64,000 nucleotides of DNA from Candidatus Multivorans sp. (GCA_965247095.1 OZ251997.1:512001-576000); one strand, 5' to 3'. Positions 30,609 through 40,342 are shown, counted from the stretch's first letter. Numbers and translations: made by a program. The notes: a model not told the origin generated them from the letters alone.

Positions 30609-33600
30609 TCAGTTCGTCTCCGGCCACAGGTAGACGATGCCGAGCGGCTCCACCGGCGGCACGGCGCGGACCTCGTAGAAGTCGCGGACGCGCTGGGGCT
30701 CCTGCTCCAGGTCGCGGTCGAACTGCTCCAGGCGACGGCGCCAGGAGCGCATGTCGGCCGTCAACTGCCGCTCCTCGGCCTGGCTGAAGGCCAGGGTCCG
30801 TTGCACCAGCGCCGATTCCCGTCGCGCCAACTCGCCGCCGACGTGCCTGCGCTGGCTCTCCAGAGTCTCGCGGAGCTCCCGGCTTTCGCGCTCGCCACGT
30901 TCGCGCAGGCGCTCGGTTGCGGATTCCTCCATCGCGCTGGCGCGGGCTTCGAGTTGGGGCCGGAGTTCGTCGATGTCGCGAGAAGCCGAACCCAGGAGCC
31001 GGCGGACCACGACCTCGTTCACCGGGCGGCTGCCGGATCTCGCCAGCGACTGCTCGAGCAGGTCGAGGGCGCGAATCTCGGCGTCACGCGCGTAGGCGGC
31101 GAGCGGGGCGTTGCGGCGAGTCGGCTCGATCCACCGCGCCGCCACCGTGACCACCTCTTCGTGCAGCCGTTCGGCGCCCTTGCCGTAGAGGGTCAGCCGG
31201 CCGAGCAGGACGACCCGGGGGATCGAGTCGGCCGACTGGGCGAGGCAGGCGCGGGAGAGGTCGTGGTGGACGAAGCCCTGGGAACGGAAGCGGGCAAGCA
31301 GACGCTGGGCGACGCGCTGCTCCAGATGGAGGTGGACGGTGTCGTCGGTGAGGACGCCGGCGTCCTCGAACACCACCGGGCGCGGCGGCTCCTCCTTTCG
31401 CCACTCGGTGAGCTTCTGGTGGCGGCGCCGGGGCCGGCGGAGGGAATCGAGGGTGCCGGCCCAGGTCGGGTCGCCGTGGGTCTGGCCGTCCAGGGTGGGG
31501 AAGGTCCACATTTCGCCGCCGTCTTCGCTCCGCGTCCGCCTCAACGGTTTGGCGCCGACGAGTTCGAGCGAGCAGGAGAGGGCGTCGCGGAAGGCGTTCA
31601 CCTCGAACTGGACCCACTTGCGGGACCGTTGCAGGAGGTCCTGGCAGCGAGTGATCTGCCCCTTCAGTTCGTCCCGGCGTTGCCGCGCGGCTTCCAGTTC
31701 TTCGTTGGCGATGCGCCGGCGCTCGGCGTCGATGTCGGCGTGCTTGATCTCGCGCGCCAGGCGCTCGGCGTCGCGATGGCGGATGCCGGTCTTCGTCAGG
31801 CGGCGCTCCACCGAATCGTGGATCACCCTGGAGAGGCTGCCGAGTTCGGTCTTGATCGTCTCGGTCTTCCTGACGAGGACCTGCAGTACGCGGTCCTCGG
31901 CGCGTTGGGGCAGGACGAAGTAGTGGCAGCGGACCTCGTGCGCGGGCTGCAGCTTGCGGTCGATGCGGCCGTTCCGCTGCTCGATCCGGCCCGGATTCCA
32001 GGGCAGGTCGAAGTGGAACAGGTCGGTGCAGTGGGCCTGGAAGTTCAGGCCTTCGCGGGCGGCGTCCGTGGCCAGGAGGATACGCAGCGGTTCGTCCTTC
32101 GGGTCGGCGTTGAACCGGCGCTGGATCTCGCGGCGCCGGGGTCCCCGGGTGAGCCCGTCGATGGTCACGATCCGTTCCTCGGCGCGGTCGGTGCTCGCAA
32201 TCGCGGCGTCGAGCATGGTGCGGAGATACCGCTTCGTGCCTTCCCGGTTCTCGGTGAAGATCAGCAGTCGGCGGTTGTTCCAACGGGGCGCGGGTGTGCC
32301 GGCGGGGAGGGCCTTGCCCAGGGAAGGCAGGCCGTGGCATAGATGCTCGCGGATCCAATCCACGAGTTCGCGTGTCTTCGCGTCGGGCCTGCCGCGGGCG
32401 TGCTCGGCGATGCGCTGCATCCGGTCGAGGAGATCGTTTTCGCGCTGGAGGAGGCGCGGCAGCGAGCCGGGCAGGCGCCCTATGCCGGCTGCGGGCGAGA
32501 CGCCCGCGTTCCCAGGGGCGGAGCGACCATCGTCGGACTCAGCGGCGGCGTTCAGGTCGCGGATCTGGTCTTGCTCCTCTCGTTCAGCTTCTTCGTCGGT
32601 GAACGCCGCGCGGTCCTCGTCGCTGCTTTCTCCGGCCAGCCAGGAGGCGGAGACGAAGCGACCGGTCTGGCTCTCGCCGGAGTCGTCTTCGGCGCCGGCA
32701 TTGGCGGCGCCAGCGTCCGCGGCCTTTCGGCGGCGGCGTTCGAGCGTGTTGCGGTGGGTCTTGAGGCTGCGCGCGAACGCCTCGATGGACGACAGCAGCC
32801 GCTGCTGGAGGCCGACGACGAGCAGGCCCGAGGCGGCGCGGGCAGACTTCGAGGCCGCCTCGAATCGCTCCTCGCGGGCCTCGCGGTACTCGTCGAGCAG
32901 GCGGGACAGCGCGAGCTCGGGCGCGTCCCCGGGGAGACCGTCAATGCTCACTCGGACCACGTTCCGCTTCGGGAAGCCGCCCTGGACGTCGCGGATGTCC
33001 TCCTTGAGGCGGCGCACCATGACCGTTTCGAGGGATCTGCTCTGCACCTTGACGCCGCGGGTGAAGCGGTTCGGATCGAGCAGCTCGAGCAGGGTGGAGA
33101 AGCTGTTCGAGTGGCCGTTGTGGGGCGTCGCGGAGAGGAAGAGCCGGTGCTCGAAGCGGCCGCAGAGGTCGCGGACGGCCCTGGTGAACTTCGACTCGAT
33201 GCCGTAGCGCCCGCCGCTTGAAGGCGCGGCGTGATGCGCCTCGTCGAGGATCAGGAGGCTGCCGGGAAGCACCGGCCCCAGCCATTCGCGCATCGGGTCG
33301 GCGTAGGTCGGATCCCGCAGCAGGTTGTGGGAGACCAGGAAGCGGCTGTGGGTGCGCCACGGATTCACGCCGAAGCCGCGCTCGCGCCGCATGCGGGTGA
33401 AGTAGGCGCGGTCGAGGATCTGGAACAGCAGGCCGAAACGCTCCTCCATCTCGCCCTGCCACTGTTCGAGGACAGAGCTCGGCGCCGAGACGACGATCGT
33501 CTTGACCTTCTTGCGCAGCAATAGCTCGCGGGCGATCAGGCCGGCCTCGATCGTCTTGCCGAGACCGGTGTCGTCAGCGATGAAGAGGTTGACGCGGGGC

Positions 33601-34088
33601 ATGCGGAGTGCCTTGCGCAGAGGCTCCATCTGGTACGCGTCGAGCTTGATGCCGGCGCGAAACGGCGCCTGGAACAGGTTCGGATCGGTCGCGGTGACGC
33701 AGTTCCAGCGCAGCGTGTGCAGGAAGGCGCTGAAGCGGCGCGGCGTGTCGAAGCCCTTGGCCGCGAGCTCGGCCCAGCCCTCCTGCTTCAGGATGCGGCG
33801 GTCGATCTCGTAGTCCCAAAAAACCTCGATCTCCTCGCCCTGGGCGTCGTCCTCGGCGCAGGCGAGGCGGACGACCGAGGATTGGCCAGGCTTCTCGCCG
33901 GGTTGGACTTCCTCGACCAGCCAGCGGCGGCTGCGGACGTGGACCAGTTGGCCGACTTCGGGGTCGTGTTCGGGGAGTTCGTGGTCGAAGGGGGAGCGGG
34001 CGGGTGCCATCCGTGCGCCCGGTGACGGGCGCTCGGACTGGTTCGCGTGTGGCGCGGAAACGCGCCACCCGGGTTCGGGGGGTGTCAT
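30609..34088 (-). CDS. drmD: DISARM SNF2-like helicase DrmD
   Basis: PEVGQLVHVRSRRW, QAPFRAGI, ADDTGLGKTIEA, DEAHH, LSATP, ATDAAREGLN, WNPGRIEQRNGRIDR, EPLGIVYLWP. Confidence 0.92.
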   Translation of the reverse strand: MTPPEPGWRVSAPHANQSERPSPGARMAPARSPFDHELPEHDPEVGQLVHVRSRRWLVEEVQPGEKPGQSSVVRLACAEDDAQGEEIEVFWDYEIDRRILKQEGWAELAAKGFDTPRRFSAFLHTLRWNCVTATDPNLFQAPFRAGIKLDAYQMEPLRKALRMPRVNLFIADDTGLGKTIEAGLIARELLLRKKVKTIVVSAPSSVLEQWQGEMEERFGLLFQILDRAYFTRMRRERGFGVNPWRTHSRFLVSHNLLRDPTYADPMREWLGPVLPGSLLILDEAHHAAPSSGGRYGIESKFTRAVRDLCGRFEHRLFLSATPHNGHSNSFSTLLELLDPNRFTRGVKVQSRSLETVMVRRLKEDIRDVQGGFPKRNVVRVSIDGLPGDAPELALSRLLDEYREAREERFEAASKSARAASGLLVVGLQQRLLSSIEAFARSLKTHRNTLERRRRKAADAGAANAGAEDDSGESQTGRFVSASWLAGESSDEDRAAFTDEEAEREEQDQIRDLNAAAESDDGRSAPGNAGVSPAAGIGRLPGSLPRLLQRENDLLDRMQRIAEHARGRPDAKTRELVDWIREHLCHGLPSLGKALPAGTPAPRWNNRRLLIFTENREGTKRYLRTMLDAAIASTDRAEERIVTIDGLTRGPRRREIQRRFNADPKDEPLRILLATDAAREGLNFQAHCTDLFHFDLPWNPGRIEQRNGRIDRKLQPAHEVRCHYFVLPQRAEDRVLQVLVRKTETIKTELGSLSRVIHDSVERRLTKTGIRHRDAERLAREIKHADIDAERRRIANEELEAARQRRDELKGQITRCQDLLQRSRKWVQFEVNAFRDALSCSLELVGAKPLRRTRSEDGGEMWTFPTLDGQTHGDPTWAGTLDSLRRPRRRHQKLTEWRKEEPPRPVVFEDAGVLTDDTVHLHLEQRVAQRLLARFRSQGFVHHDLSRACLAQSADSIPRVVLLGRLTLYGKGAERLHEEVVTVAARWIEPTRRNAPLAAYARDAEIRALDLLEQSLARSGSRPVNEVVVRRLLGSASRDIDELRPQLEARASAMEESATERLRERGERESRELRETLESQRRHVGGELARRESALVQRTLAFSQAEERQLTADMRSWRRRLEQFDRDLEQEPQRVRDFYEVRAVPPVEPLGIVYLWPETN
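32485..32518 (-). repeat. GAAC-hairpin repeat (head+C) inside drmD
   Basis: CCCCTGGGAAC GCGGGC-GTCTC-GCCCGC AGCCGG, encoding APGNAGVSPAAG. Confidence 0.85.
34004..34076 (-). repeat. GAAC-hairpin repeat (A+B) in 5' end of drmD
   Basis: GAAC CCGGGTGGCGCG-TTTC-CGCGCCACACG CGAACCAG TCCGAGCGCCCG-TCAC-CGGGCGCACGGA TGGCAC. Confidence 0.9.
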
Positions 34089-34099
34089 TCGGGGTGAGC

Positions 34100-35125
34100 C
34101 TACCGGCGGCCTGCAGCCGTTTCGACCTGTTCGTGCAGCGTCCGCAAGGCGTTGTACGAGGCGGCTCGCAGGTTGAGCGGTCCGCGCACGGCTTCCCAGC
34201 GGCGCACGGTTGCCGCGGTGACCCTGAGCGCGGCGGCGAACTCGGCGACCGTCAGGCCGCTACGCCGGCGGAGCCTGGAGACGCGGGCGCCGGTGGGGCG
34301 GAAGGGTGGCGCGACACCCGGGGCCTTCTTCGTGGCGCCCTTTCGCCGGCTCGGGGGCCGGGAAGCGCCACCGCGTTTTCGAGCGTTGCGCGCCGCCTTC
34401 TTCCGCGGTCTGGAGCGGGGATCCCGCGCCTCGTCCGTGTCCAGATCGATGCCGAAGATCCCCGACAGGTCGCCTTCCGCCAGGGAATCCGCACCCGCCG
34501 CGCCGGCCGGCAGCGCCAGGTCGGCGTCAATCAGCTCCGATTCGTCGACCTTTCGCAGCAGGAAGAGGAGTTCGGGGCTGTCGTCGAGCCGGTTGCCGAC
34601 GCCGTACAGGACCGAAGCCACGTGCTTGCACATGCCGGCCCAGTCCGGGCAGTCGCAGTCGAACTCGATCTGGCTCGGAGTCGGAAACAGGCCGCGGTTG
34701 CGATCCGTGACGACAGCCATCACCTGGTCGGAGAGTCGTCCCTGGAGCAACTCGATGACCGATCCGATCTGTCCGGTGCATCTGGCCTTGATGGACTTCC
34801 AGACAGCGGGCTTGAGCTTCTGGATGCGAATGGCGACGTGGTAGAGCCTCGTGCCGACGACCAGTGCGTCGACGCGGCCGGCCCGGATCGCCAAGTCGCA
34901 GACCGCGCCGTGGCGCGCGTAGCTGCGGCCGCGCGGCAACCGGTTGCGGTAGTCGGAGAAGGACTCCAGGTGCTTGCACCAGCGCTTGCCCCAGAAGCTC
35001 CGGGCAATCAGGTTCCCCGTGATTTCGACCGGCTGCACCTTCTTGCCCTGCTTGCGGAGACTGGCGACCTTCCGCGCGGCCCTGGCTCGTCGCGCGGCGA
35101 CTGGAACGTAGGTCGGAAACCTCAT
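34100..35125 (-). CDS. SWIM zinc-finger protein with C-terminal XRE-like HTH
   Basis: NRLPRGRSYAR, CDCPDWAGMCKH (SWIM), LFLLR; C-terminal SGLTVAEFAAALRVTAATVRRWE. Confidence 0.85.
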   Translation of the reverse strand: MRFPTYVPVAARRARAARKVASLRKQGKKVQPVEITGNLIARSFWGKRWCKHLESFSDYRNRLPRGRSYARHGAVCDLAIRAGRVDALVVGTRLYHVAIRIQKLKPAVWKSIKARCTGQIGSVIELLQGRLSDQVMAVVTDRNRGLFPTPSQIEFDCDCPDWAGMCKHVASVLYGVGNRLDDSPELLFLLRKVDESELIDADLALPAGAAGADSLAEGDLSGIFGIDLDTDEARDPRSRPRKKAARNARKRGGASRPPSRRKGATKKAPGVAPPFRPTGARVSRLRRRSGLTVAEFAAALRVTAATVRRWEAVRGPLNLRAASYNALRTLHEQVETAAGRR

Positions 35126-35142
35126 GACAGATCCCGCGCTTC

Positions 35143-37833
35143 CTACGCTTTCGCCCGAGTGATGTCCAGACGGACCAGGTCGAGCAGTTCGTCATCGGAA
35201 AGCTCGGTGAGCTTCATCTCGCGGCCATCCTCCAGCAGATCGTTCACCAGTTCGCTCTTCTCCGTGATCATCCGGTCGATTCTCTCCTCGATGGTGCCGG
35301 AGGTGATGAACTTATGGACCAGCACGCCCTGTCGCTGGCCGATGCGAAAGGCCCGGTCGGTAGCCTGATTCTCGACGGCGGGGTTCCACCAGCGGTCGAA
35401 GTGAATCACATGCGAAGCCGCCGTCAGGTTCAGGCCCGTGCCTCCCGCCTTGAGGGACAGGACGAAGAACGGCGGTCCGTCGCGGCGCTGAAAGGCTTCG
35501 ACCAGAGCGCTGCGCTGCCTGACTCCGGTGCCTCCGTGCAGCGCCAGCCCCGGCCGACCGAAGGTCGCGGCCAGATGGTCGGACAACGGATCGATGATCT
35601 CCCGGAACTGCGTGAACACGAGGGCGCGTTCCTGGCGTTCGGCCAGTTCCGCGCAGATCTCGGCGATGCGTTTGAACTTGCCGCTGTCGTTCGGCTTGTA
35701 GGCGCCGTCTCCGGAAAGCTGACTGGGATGATTGCAGACCTGCTTCAATCGCATGAGCGTCTGCAACACGAGGCCCCGCCGCTTGATGCCGTCGACCGAT
35801 TCCAGGCCGCGCTGCATCGACCGCACGACTCGCTCGTAGAGTGCAACCTGGGGTCGGGTCAGATGACAGTAGCGCGCCGCCTCGGTCTTGTCGGGCAGGT
35901 CGTCGATGATGCGGCGGTCCGTCTTGAGGCGGCGCAGGATGTAGGGCGCGACAAGTCGGCGAAGCGGCGCGAACTGTTGCTCCTCGCGCCGTTCCAGCGT
36001 CTTGACGAACCGCTGGAACACCGCGCGCGAGCCGAGCAGACCGGGATTGAGGAAGTCGAACAGTGCCCACAGATCTCCCGGATGGTTCTCCACCGGGGTA
36101 CCGGTCATCGCGATGCGCGCGCCGGCCTGGAGCTTCCGAGTGGACCGGCTCTGGAGCGTACCGGGGTTCTTGATGGCCTGCGCTTCGTCCAGGATGACCA
36201 GTCGCCACCGCACCTCCGCCAGCCAGGGCTGCCGAGCGAGCATGGCGTACGTGGTCACCACCAGATCGGCGCCGGCCAGCGACCGCGCGGGGGCGTCCGC
36301 GATCTCCGTCAAGGTCTCGCGATCGGTTTCGGACGGGTGCAGGAATCGAAGGTCCAGCGACGGCGCGAACCGCGCCGCTTCGGCGCGCCAGTTTCCGAGC
36401 AGGGACGCCGGAATCAGGAGCAGCGACGGCGGCCGCTGCTCCTCCTGGCAAAGGCCGCGGTCGGAGAGCAGCAACGCCAGCACTTGAATGGTCTTGCCCA
36501 GGCCCATGTCGTCGGCCAGACAGGCGCCGAGGCCCAGGCGGGTCAGGAGGGCGAGCCATGCCACGCCATCGCGTTGATACGGCCGCAGGGTCCCTTGCAG
36601 CGCGCCGCCGTCGACGGGGGCGAGCGTCTCCGGTTGACGCATGCCGGCGAGAATCTCGCGCATGCCGTCTCCGGCCTCGACATGAACCCAGGGGCGTTCG
36701 GCCTCGGTTTCCGCCTCGTCCCGAAGATCGGCCGACGCGCCGGCGAGGAGGCGCATTCCCTCGATGAAGGAGATGCCGTGGTCGCCGGCCGCCTGACGCA
36801 CGGCATCCCAATGCTCGATCGCCTGACGCAGGCGATCGCGGTCCACCTCGACCCACTGACCCTTGAGGAGCACCAGATTGCCGTCGCTGCCGAGCAGCGC
36901 ATTCAGGTCGTCTTCGGAGAGCGGCTCGCCGCCGAGAGCGACCTCGACCCGAAAGTCGAGCACGGCGTCCGCGCCCACCAGGGACGGCGCCTCGCCGACC
37001 GTCACGGAGACCTGCGGTCGCGCGCGCTTGCGCCACCAGTCAGGTAGCCGCACGGACAGGCCGCTCTCCTCGAGTTCCGGGACGCTGCGCAGGAGTCGGT
37101 AGGCGCGATCCGGCGTCCAGGCCATCGGCCGGTAGACGTCACCGGAATCCACCATCTCCCTTGCCCAGTCGCAAGCAGCCGCGGCCTGCTGGATCGGCGA
37201 CAGCAGCGTGATGAGTGCCGAGCGGTTGTTCTCGCCCGCGTATTGTTCGAGTGCTCGCCGCAGCGGCAGGTGCCGCGCTCGTCCGGTCGCGCCGAATCGC
37301 GCGGCATACGTAGCCATGAACGCGAACGGTCGTGCCGCGTCGTTCCGATTCTCGGCCAGGTGGAAGCAGACCCGCCCGACCTGATGCCAGTTCGGCGCTC
37401 GCTCACGCAGGAACGCGGACAGCCCGCCGGCAGTCGAAGCGGCCTGGCTCACCCAGTCGTTCACCTCGGTCCAGATGCGTTGCAGGCGCTCCGCGGACAG
37501 GTATTCGCCGCCGATCATCGGTGGGGCGGCTTCAACGAGAGCGGCGCACTCGGCCGAAGTCGGTGGTTCAACGCTGAGCGAAGCCGCCCCTTCCGCGTTC
37601 GGGTTCACAGCGGGCAGGTGGCAAAGCGCGGTCAGATGGCGCTCGGCGAAGCTCTGCCAGTAGCGGACGGCGGGCCGCTCCCGGGTATCGGTCTTTTCGG
37701 CCGCCAGCGTGAAGAGAGCCTCTCGCCAATCGGCGTCGAAGGCGCGTTCAAGGTGCTGGAGCCGCTCCGGGATCTCTTCAACGCCGGGATCCGCCCAGCG
37801 CACGTCGCCGGCCGGTGTCAGTCCGAGGCTCAC
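35143..37833 (-). CDS. SNF2-family helicase (SWIM-associated type)
   Basis: LRPYQ, LADDMGLGKT, ILDEAQ, TGTPVEN, LRRLK, VFTQF, SLKAGGTGLNL, WWNPAVENQATDRAFRIGQ; start uncertain (37833 or 37896). Confidence 0.88.
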   Translation of the reverse strand: MSLGLTPAGDVRWADPGVEEIPERLQHLERAFDADWREALFTLAAEKTDTRERPAVRYWQSFAERHLTALCHLPAVNPNAEGAASLSVEPPTSAECAALVEAAPPMIGGEYLSAERLQRIWTEVNDWVSQAASTAGGLSAFLRERAPNWHQVGRVCFHLAENRNDAARPFAFMATYAARFGATGRARHLPLRRALEQYAGENNRSALITLLSPIQQAAAACDWAREMVDSGDVYRPMAWTPDRAYRLLRSVPELEESGLSVRLPDWWRKRARPQVSVTVGEAPSLVGADAVLDFRVEVALGGEPLSEDDLNALLGSDGNLVLLKGQWVEVDRDRLRQAIEHWDAVRQAAGDHGISFIEGMRLLAGASADLRDEAETEAERPWVHVEAGDGMREILAGMRQPETLAPVDGGALQGTLRPYQRDGVAWLALLTRLGLGACLADDMGLGKTIQVLALLLSDRGLCQEEQRPPSLLLIPASLLGNWRAEAARFAPSLDLRFLHPSETDRETLTEIADAPARSLAGADLVVTTYAMLARQPWLAEVRWRLVILDEAQAIKNPGTLQSRSTRKLQAGARIAMTGTPVENHPGDLWALFDFLNPGLLGSRAVFQRFVKTLERREEQQFAPLRRLVAPYILRRLKTDRRIIDDLPDKTEAARYCHLTRPQVALYERVVRSMQRGLESVDGIKRRGLVLQTLMRLKQVCNHPSQLSGDGAYKPNDSGKFKRIAEICAELAERQERALVFTQFREIIDPLSDHLAATFGRPGLALHGGTGVRQRSALVEAFQRRDGPPFFVLSLKAGGTGLNLTAASHVIHFDRWWNPAVENQATDRAFRIGQRQGVLVHKFITSGTIEERIDRMITEKSELVNDLLEDGREMKLTELSDDELLDLVRLDITRAKA

Positions 37834-38051
37834 GCCGAGCCCGCTTGCCGGCACGATGCGCGCGAGCGAGGCGACGGCTGGGCGGATCTTCGCCACGGGC
37901 TGTCCGAGGGGAAGATCGTGGAGTGCCGGTCGATCGGCGAGATCGGCCCGGTGGGCGGTCCGTCGAGGGTGTGGAGGAGACGCTCCAACCTCATCGATTC
38001 GTTGACGCCAGACGACCGAGTGGCTGCAATATAGGCGATTTCGCCGTCTCC

Positions 38052-39104
38052 TCAGGCGAACATTACCGCCGCCGCCTGCTCCCTGAGCGCGGTCGGGTTC
38101 CCAAGCACCTGCCGGTCGTAGCCGACGCGCTTGTAGAAGATGTGCATGTCGCACTCGTGGGTGAAGCCGATGCCGCCGAAGACCTGGGTGGTCATGGTGA
38201 CGGCGTGGCTTGCGACCTCGGTGGCGTGGGCCTTGAGCAGGGGAGCGAGGTGACAGGTCTCGTCGGAGCCCTCGTCCCAGGCGTCGGCGGTGTGCCAGAG
38301 CAGGGACTCGACGGGCTCGACTTCGGCCAGGACTTCGGCGCAGATGTGCTTGACGGCTTGGAAGGAGCCGATGATGCGCTCGAACTGCTTGCGGTCCTTG
38401 GCGTATTCGACGGCGATCTGCAGTCCCTTCTGGGCCGCGCCGAGGGCGTCGGCGGCCAAGGCGATCTGCGCCGCGTAGACGGCGCGCTGTGTGCTCTCGG
38501 CACTGCCGCCGAGACTCTCGGCGGAGTTCAGGTCGACGCCGGAGAACGTGACTTCGGCGACGCGCCGGGTGTCGTCGACGGTCTGCAGGGGCTCGACCTC
38601 GATTCCGGGAGTGGTTGCCTCGAGCAGGTGCAAACTGCCCCCGGATTCGAGCAGGAACGCGTCGGACCAGGCGGCGTCGGGCACGTAGAGCACGGTCCCG
38701 TCGACGCGGCCGTTCAAGGTTGGGGCGTCGAGGATCGGCGTGACCAGGAGCCGGCCTTCGGCGATCCCTTCAAGCAGCTCGTTCCGGCGCTCGCTGTCGC
38801 CGGCGCCCGCGATCAGCAGCGGCGCCAGGACGTAGGACGAGTGGAAGTTGACCGGCGCCGCGGCGCGGCCGATCTCCTGGGCCGCGATTCCGGCCTCCTG
38901 CATACCGAGTTCCGAGCCGCCGAGGTCCATGTCGACGAGCAAACCGGTGATCCCCTGGTCGCCGAGTTGGCCGTGGATCGCCTTGTCCCGCCCAGACTCG
39001 GAGTCCATCACGCGGCGGACGCGCTCGACCCCCACGTCCTGGGCGAGAAAGCGGGCGATCGAGTCTCGGAGCAGCTCCTGCGGCTGCGTCAGTCCAAAGT
39101 CGAT
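38052..39104 (-). CDS. acyl-CoA dehydrogenase, second subunit of a tandem pair; apparent ATC start
   Basis: DFGLTQPQELLRDS N-terminus, RKQFERIIGSFQAVKH, FGGIGFTHE; AAGGAG then 6 nt then ATC. Confidence 0.8.
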   Translation of the reverse strand: MDFGLTQPQELLRDSIARFLAQDVGVERVRRVMDSESGRDKAIHGQLGDQGITGLLVDMDLGGSELGMQEAGIAAQEIGRAAAPVNFHSSYVLAPLLIAGAGDSERRNELLEGIAEGRLLVTPILDAPTLNGRVDGTVLYVPDAAWSDAFLLESGGSLHLLEATTPGIEVEPLQTVDDTRRVAEVTFSGVDLNSAESLGGSAESTQRAVYAAQIALAADALGAAQKGLQIAVEYAKDRKQFERIIGSFQAVKHICAEVLAEVEPVESLLWHTADAWDEGSDETCHLAPLLKAHATEVASHAVTMTTQVFGGIGFTHECDMHIFYKRVGYDRQVLGNPTALREQAAAVMFA

Positions 39105-39148
39105 GCTGGACTCCTTCGCGTGGTTCGTCGAGCGCGGCGGCGCGGACT

Positions 39149-40342
39149 CTAGGCCGCGGCCGGCTTCGGCGCCCGCGGCAGTCCGAGACCCCGCTCGCCG
39201 ATGATGTTCTTCTGGATCTGGGCGGTGCCGCCGCCGATGATCAGGCCGAGGGCGTACATGTAGTTGCGCTGCCAGTTGCCGTAGTCGCGGACGTGCTTCG
39301 AGCCGTGCCTGAGCACGCCGCGTTCGGCCATGGCGTCGATCGCCAGGGCGCAGACGTCGTAGTTCAACTGGCAGTTGTTCAGCTTGACGATGAGACCGCC
39401 GGCCCCGGAGTCGCGCTTCTTCAGCCGGTCGGTGAGGAGGCGCAACTGGTGGTACTTCATCGCCTGCACCCGGCCTTCGAGCTTGAGCAGGCGATCGCGG
39501 TAGACAGGCGAATCGAGCAGACCGGTTTCGCGCAGGATGTCGACGCAGCCGGCGAGGTAGTTCTCCGTAGCGTTCGAGCGTCCCAGCATGTTGCGCTCGA
39601 AGCGCAGGGTGTAGGTGCCGACCTCCCAGCCCTGGCCGGGGCGGCCGATCACGTTCATGGCCGGTACCCGCACGTCGGTGAAGAAGACCTCGTTGAAGGA
39701 GGCGTCTCCGGTCATCGTCATCAGCGGCCGGACATCGAGCCCGGGCGTGTCCATCGACAGAACGATGTAGCTGATGCCTCCGTGCTTTCCGGCGTCCGAT
39801 TCGGTGCGGACCAACGCGAACATCATGTCGGCCTCGCGGGCGCCGCTGGTCCAGATCTTCTGGCCGTTGATCACGTACTCGTCGCCGTCGAGCCGCGCGG
39901 CGGTGCGCAGCGACGCCAGGTCGGAGCCGGATCCCGGCTCGCTGTACCCCTGGCACCAGATCAGCTCGCCACGGATCGTGGGGCCGATCAGCTCCTGCTT
40001 CTGGTCCTCGCGGCCGAAGTGCAGCAGCGTCGGGACGAACATGCTGATGCCCTGGTTTTCCATCCCGAGGGAAATCCCGGCGCTCTGGAACTCCTCCTCG
40101 ATTACCAGGCTCGCGAGGGCGTCGGGCTCGTGGCCGGCGCCCCCGTAGCGCGTCGGGATCGTGCGGCCGGCGTAGCCGGCGTCCACGAGCCGCTTCTGCC
40201 ACTCGATGACCTGCATGCGGACCTCCGAGGCGTCGCCGCCGAAGCCGGGCCCGGCCGGGACCGCAACGTCCTCGTTGGCGGCGAAGAAGGAGCGGACATC
40301 CTCTCGGAGTTCGTTGTATTCGGAACCGATGAATGTATCCAT
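39149..40342 (-). CDS. acyl-CoA dehydrogenase
   Basis: WCQGYSEPGSGSDLASL, NGQKIWTS, FNEVFFTDV, IGGGTAQIQKNII. Confidence 0.92.
   Translation of the reverse strand: MDTFIGSEYNELREDVRSFFAANEDVAVPAGPGFGGDASEVRMQVIEWQKRLVDAGYAGRTIPTRYGGAGHEPDALASLVIEEEFQSAGISLGMENQGISMFVPTLLHFGREDQKQELIGPTIRGELIWCQGYSEPGSGSDLASLRTAARLDGDEYVINGQKIWTSGAREADMMFALVRTESDAGKHGGISYIVLSMDTPGLDVRPLMTMTGDASFNEVFFTDVRVPAMNVIGRPGQGWEVGTYTLRFERNMLGRSNATENYLAGCVDILRETGLLDSPVYRDRLLKLEGRVQAMKYHQLRLLTDRLKKRDSGAGGLIVKLNNCQLNYDVCALAIDAMAERGVLRHGSKHVRDYGNWQRNYMYALGLIIGGGTAQIQKNIIGERGLGLPRAPKPAAA

Noticed and set aside
8200-38050. Integrative element (att sites, tRNA, integrase) carrying the island
   Set aside because: No tRNA, recombinase or flanking direct repeat found by eye.
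39105-40202. 716-aa ORF suggesting a fused or extended acyl-CoA dehydrogenase
   Set aside because: The upstream part is an off-frame shadow of the 39149-40342 gene.
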